Positions 19,726 to 30,969 of a DNA stretch of 64,000 bases are shown here, piece by piece; positions within the stretch are counted from its first letter, which is position 1; each line of letters opens with the position of its first letter. This stretch comes from Actinomycetes bacterium (lineage in GTDB: Bacteria > Actinomycetota > Coriobacteriia > Coriobacteriales > UBA8131). The stretch covers positions 11,147-75,146 of the forward strand of contig WRGR01000046.1 of assembly GCA_009787085.1 (NCBI GenBank). The letters are read 5' to 3'. A program made the translations under genes and the position numbers. The notes beneath the pieces were generated by a model. The model made no database searches. It saw only the letters and a list, made by a program, of their open reading frames with translations, and had not been told where the DNA came from.

Positions 19726-20018
19726 ACATCTCCCAAGGAAAACACCGGTTAAATGATGTTTGCCCGGGCGGGCAAGGGGTGAGCCCTGCTTACAAGATGG
19801 CGTGGCATGATCTGCACCATGTCGCCGTCCGGCGGCAGCACAAATAGGACACGAAAAGCCAGTGCCATTTTCACGCTTAGTCGGTGCTTCCCTAGGGAGA
19901 TGCCGGTTAACTCGCAATTCCGTCCCACACGACCCCCGAATCACAACCCTTATCCTGCTGATCAGGGCAAAGGTTGCCGGTCAAGCCGTCAATGACTGCA
20001 GTTTGGGATTAATCGGTA
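19726..20018. repeat. Two adjacent copies of the palindromic intergenic repeat family (about 19726-19903 and 19892-20018)
   Basis: Arms ACATCTCCCAAGGAAAACACCGGTTAA (19726-19752) and TTAGTCGGTGCTTCCCTAGGGAGATGC (19877-19903) are inverted copies (21/27). The second element shares about 50 nt with 48919-48968. Confidence 0.7.
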
Positions 20019-20022
20019 CCCC

Positions 20023-21552
20023 CTAGAACAGCTTTTCGTCATCAAGCTCCTTGCCGAACTCCCGAACCGCCGCATCCTCCATCTGCTTGTAGTCATCGGA
20101 CTCGCGGTCGACGAAAATCGACAGGCGGTTCAGAATGTCGCTCATCCTGACCTCTTGGAAGTTTCCCTGCCGCAGCGATGCCCGATAGGCAGCATAGATC
20201 GCGTCCTGGGCGCATCCGAAAAGCAAGTTGCGTGGCAGCCCGGCTGAGAACTTGACCAGATCATCCATTTCCAAATGTGAAAACGAGGCATGCCCGAGGC
20301 GAAAACGCTCCCAAACCGCCCGCCGTTCATCAGCGTCGGGGTTGTCCACCCGAATCTCATGCATGATGCCAACGATATCCAAAATCATATCTGAGACTTG
20401 ATAACCGTCTTCAGCGGTAGCTATCAAAAAAACACCGGGTCGAGACAAAAGCTCACGCAGATATGCGCCAAACTCGATATGGATATTGCGGCGCTGGCCG
20501 GATTCCCAAGGCGGTGAGCCATGCTGTGCTTCAGAGTTGGCAACGCGCTTGCTGTGGTGGAATATCTGCTGCAGCCTGTCCAAACCGGTCAACATCACAG
20601 TACAGGGGGTCTGCAGGTCGCTCAAATCAGGCGGGCCGCCAAACAGGCGATGCCGGAAGGGGCCGGCCAGCTTAATCGAGCCATTGCCCAACTCGTCCAT
20701 GTCCGCCTTGATATGCAATACCGGGTTGCCGATCTCGTTGGCCGTGGCTTCGGCAAAGAACTCCAAGTCGCCACTGTCCGGCCCAATGAACAAAAACGGC
20801 TCTGACAGCGCCAACGGGTAAACACCGTGCAAATTGGCCATCCGTTCGGCAAAACGGCGCTCCGCCTCATCGTCCTGGGCAAAGAACCCGAATTCCTTCA
20901 TTTTTTGCATGGCCAAGCGGAAGCCAACAATGTGGCTATAGTCCAAGCGCCAGCCACCTTCGTCATTTTGAGGCTTCGGCGGCAGCTCGACACGCTCGGT
21001 AACGGCCTGGAGATTCTCGCCGTCGGCCTTATCCGGATCTTGGGAGCCAACAGCCACTGCGGCCATTAGCATGTCCTGAACATCACTGTCATCCTCTGGC
21101 AGCTGCAGACCGCCGGCATCCAGCGCTGAGCGGATCGCATCCATCAAGCCTTCCCGGTCTGCTCCACCCAAGGCTTCAGCCATGATTCCGGCCATGCCCT
21201 TGATGCCGTCACCGGAAATGCCTATCGCCTCCAACTGGCCGATGGCCAAGCCTTGGAGGCGCAAAAGATCGTGGGCGTTTTGCTCTTGGCTGTTAAACGG
21301 CTCAAGTTCGTTTAACAAAGACTCAGCCGTCGAGCGGTCCCCCATCTCGCAGGCCAAGTTCCAAGCCACGCGCAATCCATTCAGCACGTCTTCGCCAGCA
21401 GCTTGCCCTTGATTGGTGTCTAGCTCAAAGGCAGCGCAATATAGATGTATTGCCAGCCGAGCCTGCCCAGCACCAAGCGCCTCGCGTGCTGCGGTCAGGA
21501 AAAAGCCGGAATCCTGTGGGTCAGTATTCTCAAACATCTGTTTTTCAGTCAT
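20023..21552 (-). CDS. AAA+-fold protein with degenerate Walker A and B motifs (probable pseudo-ATPase) and a helical N-terminal domain
   Basis: FLFIGPDSGDLEFFAEATANEIG stands where LLxGPPGTGKT is expected. VMLTGLDRL replaces hhhhDE. VFLIATAEDGY...IRVDNPDADERRAVW matches the ATNRP...lPd...R region of classic-clade AAA proteins. Confidence 0.7.
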   Translation of the reverse strand: MTEKQMFENTDPQDSGFFLTAAREALGAGQARLAIHLYCAAFELDTNQGQAAGEDVLNGLRVAWNLACEMGDRSTAESLLNELEPFNSQEQNAHDLLRLQGLAIGQLEAIGISGDGIKGMAGIMAEALGGADREGLMDAIRSALDAGGLQLPEDDSDVQDMLMAAVAVGSQDPDKADGENLQAVTERVELPPKPQNDEGGWRLDYSHIVGFRLAMQKMKEFGFFAQDDEAERRFAERMANLHGVYPLALSEPFLFIGPDSGDLEFFAEATANEIGNPVLHIKADMDELGNGSIKLAGPFRHRLFGGPPDLSDLQTPCTVMLTGLDRLQQIFHHSKRVANSEAQHGSPPWESGQRRNIHIEFGAYLRELLSRPGVFLIATAEDGYQVSDMILDIVGIMHEIRVDNPDADERRAVWERFRLGHASFSHLEMDDLVKFSAGLPRNLLFGCAQDAIYAAYRASLRQGNFQEVRMSDILNRLSIFVDRESDDYKQMEDAAVREFGKELDDEKLF

Positions 21553-21680
21553 AGCATATCCTCTCAGGTTCCTCTATATATCATAGAGCCTAAAGGACTG
21601 GTTGCACAGGGGGAAATTTCGAGAGTTCCGGGGTAGTTTTCCAAATTGTTGCATGGGTGACAGTAGACTGAAGCGCTGGC

Positions 21681-23027
21681 CTAGTCCCAATCGGCAATTT
21701 CCCAAGACAGCTCACGAGCCGTCGCCGCAAGGCCACGGTCAGGCGATACGACCACTGGGTGCAGCGCCAAGGATAGCAGGTAGGCATCATTGAAGTGATC
21801 GCCAAAGGCATAATCAAGGTACCAGTTGCCCTCACCGTAAACGGCATCTGCCTTGTGTTGAAGATGCAGCAGCTTGTAGATCCCCTCCGGTGGCACTGCG
21901 GCCACCTGCCCGGTATAACGGCCGTCCACCACCTCCATCTCAGTACTGATAAAGAAATCGGCTCGCAACTCTGCAGCCAGCACCCCCAAAATAGGCTCGA
22001 ACGAGGCCGATATCAATATGATCTTCCGCCCGGCGCCCCGCTGCCATTCCACCTCCTGCATTCCCTTGGGGCGTAAACGCGCCTTCAACTTGTCGTAGTA
22101 GAGTTTGACCATCAGCCTTCTGGCCACCTCAGCTGGCGTTTTGGCAAAGGCACTATAGATATAGCGTCGAACTTGATCCTGATTCACCGCCAAGTGCAGC
22201 TTATAGCGGATCGCCCACCAAAAAACTTGAAAACCAACACTGAGCGGCATCATCTGCAGTCTCAGCAAGCGGAATACCAGTCGCACCGGCGAGGCCACGG
22301 CCAACAGGGTGCCGTCGAAGTCAAAGGCCGCCAAAGCAACCCGGGGTGCAGCACCACGACAAGCAGCTAGCTTGTCTCGCAGCTGCCGCAAGGCCAAGCC
22401 GCGATGCGAGATGGCGCTTTTCTCGTCTGGGCTGAGCTCGGCCATGGTGCGGCCATCACCGGGGTTGTCTGGGATAAACACCGGGTCATAGCCAAAGCCG
22501 CCGCCGCCCCGTGGCTCGCGGGCGATACGCCCCTCACAAACGCCCCGTGCCGAAAGCTGCGAGCCATCAGCGGCCACATAGGCGATCTCGCAAACAAAAC
22601 GGGCACGACGCTGCTCGTCAGGCAGCTCCTGCATGGCTTGGAGAAGCTTCTCCAAGTTCTCGGCATCACTGGCGCGCTCTCCTGCATAGCGTGCTGAGCG
22701 CACTCCTGGCAGACCGTCGAGGGCATCCACCTCCAAGCCGGAATCATCGGCCAACGTCGCCTGCCGGGTACGGGAGAAGACAAAGCCGGCCTTGATCCAA
22801 GCATTGCCGGCAAGGCTTTTGGCAACCTCTGCTGCCTCATCTGTGAGCCCTAGGTCGGCAAGGCTTAAAAACCTAGTGTCCGGAAGATCAAGCGCCGCTA
22901 TGATCTCTGGGACTTTCCCAGCATTGTGTGTGGCCACCACGATGGTTTGCATGTTGCTGACAGCGTCGGCAATACTGCCAGTAGCGCTGTCAGCGGCGTT
23001 GTCGATCACTGCCTGCACCGCTAACAA
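21681..23027 (-). CDS. rdgB: Fusion of RdgB/HAM1 non-canonical purine NTP pyrophosphatase (N-terminal) with a HAD-IB-type hydrolase (C-terminal)
   Basis: IVVATHNAGKVPEI...SARYAG...FGYDPVF...ISHRG (RdgB) is followed by AAFDFDGTLL...ILISASFEPI...GDHFND (HAD motifs I-IV). The start could instead be the ATG at 22952. Confidence 0.85.
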   Translation of the reverse strand: MLAVQAVIDNAADSATGSIADAVSNMQTIVVATHNAGKVPEIIAALDLPDTRFLSLADLGLTDEAAEVAKSLAGNAWIKAGFVFSRTRQATLADDSGLEVDALDGLPGVRSARYAGERASDAENLEKLLQAMQELPDEQRRARFVCEIAYVAADGSQLSARGVCEGRIAREPRGGGGFGYDPVFIPDNPGDGRTMAELSPDEKSAISHRGLALRQLRDKLAACRGAAPRVALAAFDFDGTLLAVASPVRLVFRLLRLQMMPLSVGFQVFWWAIRYKLHLAVNQDQVRRYIYSAFAKTPAEVARRLMVKLYYDKLKARLRPKGMQEVEWQRGAGRKIILISASFEPILGVLAAELRADFFISTEMEVVDGRYTGQVAAVPPEGIYKLLHLQHKADAVYGEGNWYLDYAFGDHFNDAYLLSLALHPVVVSPDRGLAATARELSWEIADWD

Positions 23028-23785
23028 CCTGCACCGACCTCCGGTGCCCCAGGCAATGCATCATTGGCCAACAAGGCTGCCCTCTGGGCATCCAGTAGCT
23101 GCAACAGGCCAACAGTGCCTAGGTCCAATAGGGCATCCAAGCGTTTCCTGTCAAAAGTCAGACGCTCGCCAGTACCCTGCACCTCAATGAATTCAGCGTT
23201 GGCGTTCATCACCAAGTTCATATCGATTTCCGCCCGGCTGTCCTCATGGTAGTCAAGGTCCAGCAACAACTTGCCACCCACCATGCCAACACTGACCGCA
23301 GCTACTTGGCTGACCAGCGGGTTGCCCTTGAGCTTGCCCGCAGACTTCCAAACCGTTAGGGCATCGTGCAGCGCCACCCATGCACCGCAAATAGCAGCGG
23401 TGCGGGTGCCGCCGTCAGCTTGGATAACGTCACAGTCCACTGTGACGTTGTACTCGCCCAACAATCGCAAATCACAGGCCGAGCGCAAAGAGCGCCCGAT
23501 AAGGCGCTGGATCTCAGCACTTCTCCCCTGCACACCGCCGCGTTCCCGACGGCTACGTTGGTCGGTGGAGGCCGGTAACATCGCATACTCTGCCGTGATC
23601 CAGCCGGCACCACCGCCTTTGCGCCAAGCAGGCAAAGCATCATCGATGGTGACGGCACAGAGCACTCTGGTATCTCCAAAGCTCACTAAACAGGATCCGT
23701 AGGCAGTCTTCAAATAGCCCCGCTGAAAACTGACCGAACGCAGCTGCTCGTCCGTTCTCCCCTCGGATCTTTGCGTCAATAACAC
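23021..23785 (-). CDS. rph: Ribonuclease PH
   Basis: ...RTDEQLRSVSFQRGYLKTAYGSCLVSFGDTRVLC...GRSAEIQRLIGRSLR...DCDVIQADGGTRTA... Confidence 0.95.
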   Translation of the reverse strand: MLLTQRSEGRTDEQLRSVSFQRGYLKTAYGSCLVSFGDTRVLCAVTIDDALPAWRKGGGAGWITAEYAMLPASTDQRSRRERGGVQGRSAEIQRLIGRSLRSACDLRLLGEYNVTVDCDVIQADGGTRTAAICGAWVALHDALTVWKSAGKLKGNPLVSQVAAVSVGMVGGKLLLDLDYHEDSRAEIDMNLVMNANAEFIEVQGTGERLTFDRKRLDALLDLGTVGLLQLLDAQRAALLANDALPGAPEVGAGC

Positions 23786-23806
23786 TTTGCTCTCCTTCTG
23801 CTCGTC

Positions 23807-24844
23807 TTAAGAAGCTTGGGCTTCCGGGGGCAAGTCAGGATGAGCTGCCTGAGCCATATCTATCAAATCCGTGTTCTCGAAGACGGACGGACGGGCTTCG
23901 GACTGCCCTAGCTCCCAACGACGCATCCCCTGTTCCAGCTCCCGGACACTGATCTGCTCAGGATATGCGACTTGGCGGCCCAGAATAGCCGAAGCTAGAT
24001 CCATAAACTCACTGGGATCAATGGCGGTGGTCACAAAACGGTATTTGACGGCATCGCCCGAACGCATTGGGCGGGCATGAGCCGCCGCCAGTTGACCGCG
24101 CCTGAAAAGCGCCTCGGCAACATCACGAGCCGTCTCCTCGGCGCTGGAGATGATACGCACTTGCGGCCCGATGATCGAGGATATCAAAGGCTGGAGCAGC
24201 GGGTAATGGGTGCACCCCAGCACCAAGGTATCGATGCCACAGCGCCGCAGAGGGTCAAGGTAGTCACGGGCGATCTCTTGGAAGGCCGGGCGGATATAGA
24301 TGGAATTGACCGGTGCCATGAACTGCTCCAAGGGGTTATGGTCAAGACGCAAGCCTTGCTCCACCATCTCCACGAAGCGGGGGGTAGCGGCGGAGAAGAC
24401 CGTGATGCCGGCATCATGTTTGCGGATGGCCTCGGCATAACTGCCAGAGTCGACGGTGGCATGGGTGCCGATCACCCCGATCCGACGAGCAATGCTAGCT
24501 TGTACGGCAGCCCGGGCACCGGGTTCTATGACCCCGATCACCGGTACCGGCGACTCACGCTGGATGGATTCCAAGGCGGCGGCGGTGGCCGAGTTGCAGG
24601 CAATTACGATCAGCTTGACGCCCTGACCTGCCAACCAGATAGCGATCTCGATAGCATAACGGCGGATCTCCGCCAGTGGACGTGGCCCATAGGGGCAACG
24701 CAGCGTGTCGCCAAAATAAATCAAGCACTCATCAGGAAGCTGGCGGATGATTTCCCGCGCCACCGTCATGCCGCCGATCCCAGAGTCGAAAATGCCTATC
24801 GGCCTGCCCGCCAAGGCCGGGCTGCCGTTGTTGTCAGTATCCAT
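23807..24844 (-). CDS. murI: Glutamate racemase with a C-terminal extension
   Basis: IGIFDSGIGGMTV, ...VIACNSATA..., ...LGCTHYPLL.... Confidence 0.9.
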   Translation of the reverse strand: MDTDNNGSPALAGRPIGIFDSGIGGMTVAREIIRQLPDECLIYFGDTLRCPYGPRPLAEIRRYAIEIAIWLAGQGVKLIVIACNSATAAALESIQRESPVPVIGVIEPGARAAVQASIARRIGVIGTHATVDSGSYAEAIRKHDAGITVFSAATPRFVEMVEQGLRLDHNPLEQFMAPVNSIYIRPAFQEIARDYLDPLRRCGIDTLVLGCTHYPLLQPLISSIIGPQVRIISSAEETARDVAEALFRRGQLAAAHARPMRSGDAVKYRFVTTAIDPSEFMDLASAILGRQVAYPEQISVRELEQGMRRWELGQSEARPSVFENTDLIDMAQAAHPDLPPEAQAS

Positions 24845-24925
24845 AGCACCAGTATATCAGCAAATAGCGTGGTTGGTACTACGATCGCCGCCACTTCGAC
24901 GGCCCGCCGCCAGAAAAACGCGCCC

Positions 24926-24988
24926 GTTTCCGGGCGCTTTCCGAGCGTTTCCGGGCGCCGTTCGGGTGTTTCCGGACGTTTCGGCGCC
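24926..24988. repeat. Six tandem 10-11-bp units (GTTTCCGGGCG-like) in the murI / nifJ divergent intergenic region
   Basis: Units at 24926, 24937, 24947, 24958, 24968 and 24978 have lengths 11, 10, 11, 10, 10 and 11, a mean period of 10.5 bp. Confidence 0.85.
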
Positions 24989-25104
24989 TTAAATGTTGCA
25001 TTCTGCAAGCCCCTTATAGGAAAATGGGCCGCCAGATGATACACTTCTCAAATACCCTTTCACCATAAAAACCTTCCACACTTACAGAAAGAAAGGCGGA
25101 TAAG

Positions 25105-28629
<3,525 letters not shown>

Positions 28630-28632
28630 GGG

Positions 28633-29334
28633 TCATACAGCTTGTTTGGCGGACCGCTGGGCGGTGTGGCGCTCCGACAGGCCGCCGCCCAACGCCAGCA
28701 GGCAGAGCACGACCAGGATGGCCGCCCATGTGGCGGCCATCGCCGTCCAGAAGGCCAATGGATAGGTGCAGATCAAAAGGGAGCTGACATCGAAAGTCCA
28801 GTTCCCTTGGGGGAAGAGCAACTGGTGCATCGCGGTGAACAGGACATCGAAGCTCAAGAAGCCGACCAGGGCCAGTACGGCAACTATGGCCAGCGCCAAA
28901 ACCGCCCCCCAAATAAAAACCGAGCCCAGCCTACGGCGGCTTTGGCGGCCCAAGGCCACGGCACCGGCCACCAAGAGCAGCCCCAGCACAAGGGTCAGAA
29001 CCCTAGCAACAAAAACGACGCTACGCACATCGTCTAGATGCGACACCACATCGGCAGTGAAGCTGACCCGCTGATCAGTGCCTGTAGGCAAGCTCACGTC
29101 GTGACCCTTGATATAGGCCAGTCCGGCATCGGCGCAAGCCACCAGTTCGCTATGGCTCAAACTGGATAGCTGATCGTTAACGAAGCGGTTGGCCCAGAAA
29201 TTGGTGACCGGCCCCAAGAGCAGGAAGGTGAAAGAGGCACCGATCAGCCAGACGGCGAGGATCACTACCAGCAGCGCTTGCAGCAGCTTGGCTATGGCGG
29301 GATGCCCTTGTTTTGACCTTGCTTCTGCTTCCAT
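28633..29334 (-). CDS. TIGR01906/DUF1461-family integral membrane protein (Lit-like, tentative)
   Basis: Four TM segments and ...FTAMHQLLFPQGNWTFDVSSLLICTYPLAFW..., recalled as the family signature. It converges on nifJ with only a 3-nt gap. Confidence 0.55.
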   Translation of the reverse strand: MEAEARSKQGHPAIAKLLQALLVVILAVWLIGASFTFLLLGPVTNFWANRFVNDQLSSLSHSELVACADAGLAYIKGHDVSLPTGTDQRVSFTADVVSHLDDVRSVVFVARVLTLVLGLLLVAGAVALGRQSRRRLGSVFIWGAVLALAIVAVLALVGFLSFDVLFTAMHQLLFPQGNWTFDVSSLLICTYPLAFWTAMAATWAAILVVLCLLALGGGLSERHTAQRSAKQAV

Positions 29335-29380
29335 CGTCCTAGGCCCCTTTCCTAAGAAAACTCTGGTAATACGATCAATC

Positions 29381-30262
29381 TCAATACCTGACCCGCCAAA
29401 AGGTCAAGCCGTGGGCGGGGGCGGTGGGACCGGCCGCCCGGCGATCCGCAGCCTCCAAGGCCACCCTCAACCAACTGGGATCGCGCCGCCCCTGTCCTAC
29501 CTCCACCAGTGAGCCAACGATGATCCGCACCATCGAGTGTAGAAAGGCGGTGCCAACGACCTGGATGACGATGCAGTGCTCGCCTAGGTGGTCGGTGCCG
29601 AAAACACTGATGTTCTTCAGGGTGCGTACCGTGTTCTTGCCCTCTGCCGAGGTGGCGCGGCAAAAAGAGCGGAAGTCATGCTCGCCTAGCAAAAATGGGA
29701 TAGCCTCGCGAATGCGATTGATGTCCAAGATCTCCCCCGGCAGCCACCACGCATAGGGTGCCAAGAAGAGCGGCGGCGTAGCTCTGGGAACAATGCGGTA
29801 GCGGTACTCCCGCTCCAGCGCTGAGAAGCGGGCGGAGAAGCCCGGCGGCTTTTGCTGGGCGTTACGGACGACTATACCGTCAGGAGTCAGAGCGTTCAGC
29901 GAGGCACACAGGCTGGGCAAGGGGCGCTCGGCCAGCTCGGCCTCAGAGAGCGCATAGGATGCCACTTGGCCGAGGGCGTGCACACCAGTGTCGGTGCGCC
30001 CGGCTCCCACTGTCAGCACTGGACGGCGGTAGAGCGTGGCCAGTGCCTGCTCCAGCTCGCCTTGGACGGTCACCGTGCCCTCTTGGCGGGCGAAGCCATG
30101 GAAGTCGCCGCCCCGGTAAGCGATGGTCAGTGCCAATGTGCATTCGTTAGGCGACGAATCATCCGCCGCTTCTAACGGGATACCTATCGCCCCCGTTAGA
30201 CTGTCTGCCGATTCTTGGTTTTCGCCAAAAGCCAGCCTCGCCCCAGCATCAGCCATCGACAT
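29381..30262 (-). CDS. truA: tRNA pseudouridine(38-40) synthase TruA
   Basis: ...IAYRGGDFHGFARQ...GAGRTDTGVHALGQV...FLHSMVRIIVG.... Confidence 0.9.
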   Translation of the reverse strand: MSMADAGARLAFGENQESADSLTGAIGIPLEAADDSSPNECTLALTIAYRGGDFHGFARQEGTVTVQGELEQALATLYRRPVLTVGAGRTDTGVHALGQVASYALSEAELAERPLPSLCASLNALTPDGIVVRNAQQKPPGFSARFSALEREYRYRIVPRATPPLFLAPYAWWLPGEILDINRIREAIPFLLGEHDFRSFCRATSAEGKNTVRTLKNISVFGTDHLGEHCIVIQVVGTAFLHSMVRIIVGSLVEVGQGRRDPSWLRVALEAADRRAAGPTAPAHGLTFWRVRY

Positions 30263-30740
30263 CGCATCTGCCCCTCTGAGCTTGACACCAACCGATATGC
30301 TCGATCAGGCGCTGAAGGGTCTCGGAGCTAACGGCATGCTCCATCAGGCATGCCTCAGCTTCAGCAACTTGGTCGTCTACGCCCAATATGTCTTTCAAGA
30401 AATGATGCAGCACCTGATGGCGCTCCAATACCTGAGCAGCATACAAGGCCCCGGTAGCGGTGAGCTGAATGTCGCCGTAAGGGGCCTGTTCGACCAAGGC
30501 CGCTTGTTTTAAGGCTTTGATAGCTGTGTTCACGCTGGCTTTGGAGACGGACAGGTGGTTTGCCAAATCAACGCTGCGAACACTGCCGCCCTCGCCGCCA
30601 AGGCAGAAGACAGCCTCTAGGTAATCCTCGTTGGTCGCGCTCAGCCGCGGGATGCCAAGCATGTCCCGCCATTCGCCGCTGTTGCTCAAACGCGATGCCC
30701 CCGCCCGTCGCTTACTGCCTTCCTTCTCGGTCTCACTCAT
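30249..30740 (-). CDS. DtxR/MntR-family metal-dependent transcriptional repressor
   Basis: ...EDYLEAVFCL...GSVRSVDLANHLSVSKASVNTAIKALK...GDIQLT..G....VLERHQVLHHFL.... Confidence 0.85.
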   Translation of the reverse strand: MSETEKEGSKRRAGASRLSNSGEWRDMLGIPRLSATNEDYLEAVFCLGGEGGSVRSVDLANHLSVSKASVNTAIKALKQAALVEQAPYGDIQLTATGALYAAQVLERHQVLHHFLKDILGVDDQVAEAEACLMEHAVSSETLQRLIEHIGWCQAQRGRCDVDG

Positions 30741-30969
30741 CTTCTTTTCTCCTTTTCCCCTGCTCAGGGCACTCTAACTGCGACAAACAACCCGAACAAC
30801 CCGAACGGGTTGGCGGAGTCGAGGTGCACGGGGGGGTCGAGCAACCCGAACAGCACGAACATCCCGGGCTGCCCTGGCCTCGCATAAAGCGCACCACCCG
30901 CCAAACCAGGATGGCGGCGGCAGCGGCGATCACAGCTACAGCAATGATATTCCCAACGCTCTCAAGCAA
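30733..30969 (-). CDS. FeoB-associated Cys-rich small membrane protein (start tentatively TTG at 30969)
   Basis: VGNIIAVAVIAAAAAILVWRVVRFMRGQGSPGCSCCSGCS... is one TM helix followed by a Cys cluster. It overlaps the feoB stop and the repressor start. Confidence 0.55.
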   Translation of the reverse strand: MLESVGNIIAVAVIAAAAAILVWRVVRFMRGQGSPGCSCCSGCSTPPCTSTPPTRSGCSGCLSQLECPEQGKRRKEDE

